From Scyliorhinus canicula (Eukaryota): a stretch of 64,000 bases of DNA. Positions 61,590-64,000 of the stretch are shown here, piece by piece. Positions within the stretch are counted from its first letter, which is position 1. Each line of letters opens with the position of its first letter. The DNA is taken from assembly GCF_902713615.1 (NCBI RefSeq), contig NW_024056010.1, forward strand, positions 434,001-498,000. The letters are read 5' to 3'. The position numbers and the translations under genes are program-made. The notes beneath the pieces were generated by a model. It searched no databases, was not told the DNA's origin, and saw only the letters and a list, made by a program, of their open reading frames with translations.

Positions 61590-62520
61590 AGTGGAATCTG
61601 GGTATCATAAAATCTGTCGCACGGAGACAGGCCCTTCGGCCCAAACTGGTCCATGCAAGCCCATCTAAGCTCACCCCTTTGCCTGTATTTGGCCCATATC
61701 TCTCTTAATCTTCCCGATCCACGTACATGTCTTTTCAATGTTGTCAATGTCCCTGCCTCAACCACTTTCTCCGGTAGCTCATTCCACATACGTACCACTC
61801 TGGATAAAAATGTTGCTCCTCAGATTCCCATTAATTCTTTCCCCTCTTAACCTAAACCTGTGCCCTCTAGTTCTCAATTCCCCAACCCTGAGAAAAGGCT
61901 TAGTGCATTCACCTTATCCATGCCTCTCATGATCTTGTATACCTCGATTAGATCATCGCTCAGTCTCCTACATGCCAAAGAAAAAGGCCCTGGCCTGTCC
62001 ATCTATAACTCAGTCCCTCGAGTCCTGGCAACATCCTTGTAAATCTCTTCTGCGCTCTCTCCAGTTTAATAACATCTTTCCTATAGCAAGGCGACTAAAA
62101 CTGAACACAATACTCCAGGTGCGATCTCACCAACGTCCTGTACAATTGCAACATAACTTCCCAACTTCTGGATTCAATGCCCTGACTGATGAAGGCCAGC
62201 ATGCCAAAAGCCTTCTTCACTGCCCTATCTACCTGCAACTCCACCTTTAGAGAACCGTGCACCTGAACGCCAAGGTCCCTCTGTTCCATGATACTCCCTA
62301 AGGCCCTCCCATTCAATGTGAAAGTCCAATCTTCATTTGACTTTCCGAAATGCAACACCTCACACTTATCTGTATTGAACTCCATTTGCCACTTCCCCAG
62401 CTGATCAAGATTCTGCTGCAATTTCTAATAACCTTCCTCACTGTCTACAATATCACCTATTTTAGTGTCATCTGCAAACTTACTGATCATGCCTTGTACA
62501 TTCTCATCCAAATCGTTGAT
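61590..62520 (-). mobile_element. CR1 LINE 3' portion
   Basis: WQMEFNTDKCEVLHFGKSN...EQRDLGVQVHGSLKV...LYRTLVRSHLEYCVQF. Confidence 0.9.
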
Positions 62521-62524
62521 GTAG

Positions 62525-63370
62525 ATAAGCAGATACAGCAGGTAATTGGGAAAGCTAACAGATTGTTGCCCTTTATTGTGAGGGGAAAATTGATTACATA
62601 AATAGGAGGTTGTGCTTCAGTTATCCAGAGCACGAGTGAGACCACATCTCGAAAACGGAGTACAGTATTGGTCTCCTTGTGAGACCACATCTCGAATACT
62701 GAGAACAGTATCGGCCTCCTTGTGAGACCACATCTCCAATACTGAGTACAGTATTGATCTCCTTGTCAAACCACATCTCGCATACTGAGTACAGTATTGG
62801 CCTCCTTGTGAAACCACATCTCCAATACCGAGTACAGTATTGGTCTCCTTATTTAAGGATGTAAATGTGTTGGAGGTGGTTCAGAGAAGGTTTACCAGAC
62901 TAATACTAGGACTGGATGGGTTATATTCTCAGGAAAGGTTGGACAGATTAGGATTGTACCCCCTGGAGTTTAGAAGAGTCTCCTTGAGAGGCGACTTGAT
63001 TGAAACATATAAGATCCTGAGGGGTATTGACAGGGTGGATGTGGAGAGGATATGTCGTGTTGTTGGAAAATCCAGAACTAGGGATCACAGTTAAAACATA
63101 ACCTGTCACTCATTTAAAACAGAGATGAGAAGATTTTTTCGCTCTGAGGATCGTGCGTCTCTTCCTCAAAGGGCTGTGGAAGCCGAGTCTGCGAATATTT
63201 CTCAGGCATATTTTTGGATTCTTGGTCAGTAAGGTGGTGATAAGTTATCGGGGGCGGGGGGGGGGAAGGTAGGCAGGATGCAGGTTTGAGGTTATTATGA
63301 GATCAGCCACAATCTGATTAAATGGCAGAGTTGACTCGAGGGGCCGTGGTCTGTACCTGCTCCTTGTGTG
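62525..63370 (+). mobile_element. CR1 LINE 3' portion containing a tandem amplification
   Basis: QIQQVIGKANRLL...KDVNVLEVVQRRFTRLI...RLGLYPLEFRR. Confidence 0.85.
62636..62850 (+). repeat. Five 43-bp tandem repeats derived from the CR1 VRPHLEY..QYWSP segment
   Basis: Units start at 62636, 62679, 62722, 62765 and 62808. Confidence 0.95.
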
Positions 63371-64000
63371 AATGAAACATCGGCAATAAGGTGTGATTCA
63401 CTGAGTATGACCATGTCAGCTTGTTACTGACTGGACTGTGGAGCTGTCGGCAAAGCCATGTTTAATAATTAGTTTTAGTTTATGTGTAACGGTCAGGTAA
63501 TTGAATCATAGAATCTCTTCAGTGCAGGAGGCCATTCGGCCCATTGAGTCTGCGCTGACACTTGGGAAGAGCCCTACCTAGGCCCACTCTCCCGCCCAAT
63601 CCCCGTAACCCCACCTAATCTTTTGGACACTTAAGGGCAATTTAGCATGGCCAATCCACCAAACCTGCACATCTTTGGACTATGGGAGGAAACCGGAGCA
63701 CCCGGAGAAAACCCATGCAGACACGGGGAGAATATCTAAACGTCACATAGACAGTCTTCTGCCTCCCTCCCTTCTTAAACAGCGGTGTTACATTAGCCAT
63801 TTTCCAGTCCTCTGGGACCCTCCCTGCCTCCAGTGATTCCTGAAAGATCACCACCAATGCCTCCACAATCTCCTCAGCTGTCTCTTTCAGAACCCTGGGG
63901 TGTAGTCCATCCGGTCCAGATGTGTTCTATTGAAGTATTAACCTGAGAAATTGTAATATAAAACAATGCAGAGTCTAGTATCATAATAACTAAGACGGAG

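Overview
Repeat-rich vertebrate genomic DNA, most likely from a cartilaginous fish (shark). This is inferred from HE1-type tRNA-derived SINEs, their CR1 partner LINEs, DeuSINE remnants, Rex1 and Penelope-type elements. The window is a tandem cluster of nine C2H2 (TGERPF-linker) zinc-finger genes/pseudogenes, each with one coding exon and no recognisable KRAB/SCAN/BTB domain. Most are arranged head-to-head around CpG-island promoters. All paralogues share one architecture: conserved intron/acceptor module, decayed finger-derived leader with a short uORF, strong-Kozak ATG at an atypical invariant finger (MEKPWKC..PS.LE.HRRSH), variable finger array, then a conserved 3' block. In frame with the last finger, that block reads LQGLDSAVIAAVNHIQD and sits behind a CGA/TGA/CAA/TAA switch codon. 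Other notable items: a U2-snRNA-derived retroposon with A-rich tail and TSD; palindromic Penelope-type insertions, one with a complete minimal hammerhead ribozyme; a fixed-spacing promoter dyad GGAGGACC-N14-GGTCCTCC; a captured LINGO-like gene fragment; a templated ZNF/inverted-repeat insertion inside an L1; two solo LTRs; a tRNA-Lys pseudogene; several minisatellites. Repeat boundaries were read by eye and are approximate unless a TSD is quoted.
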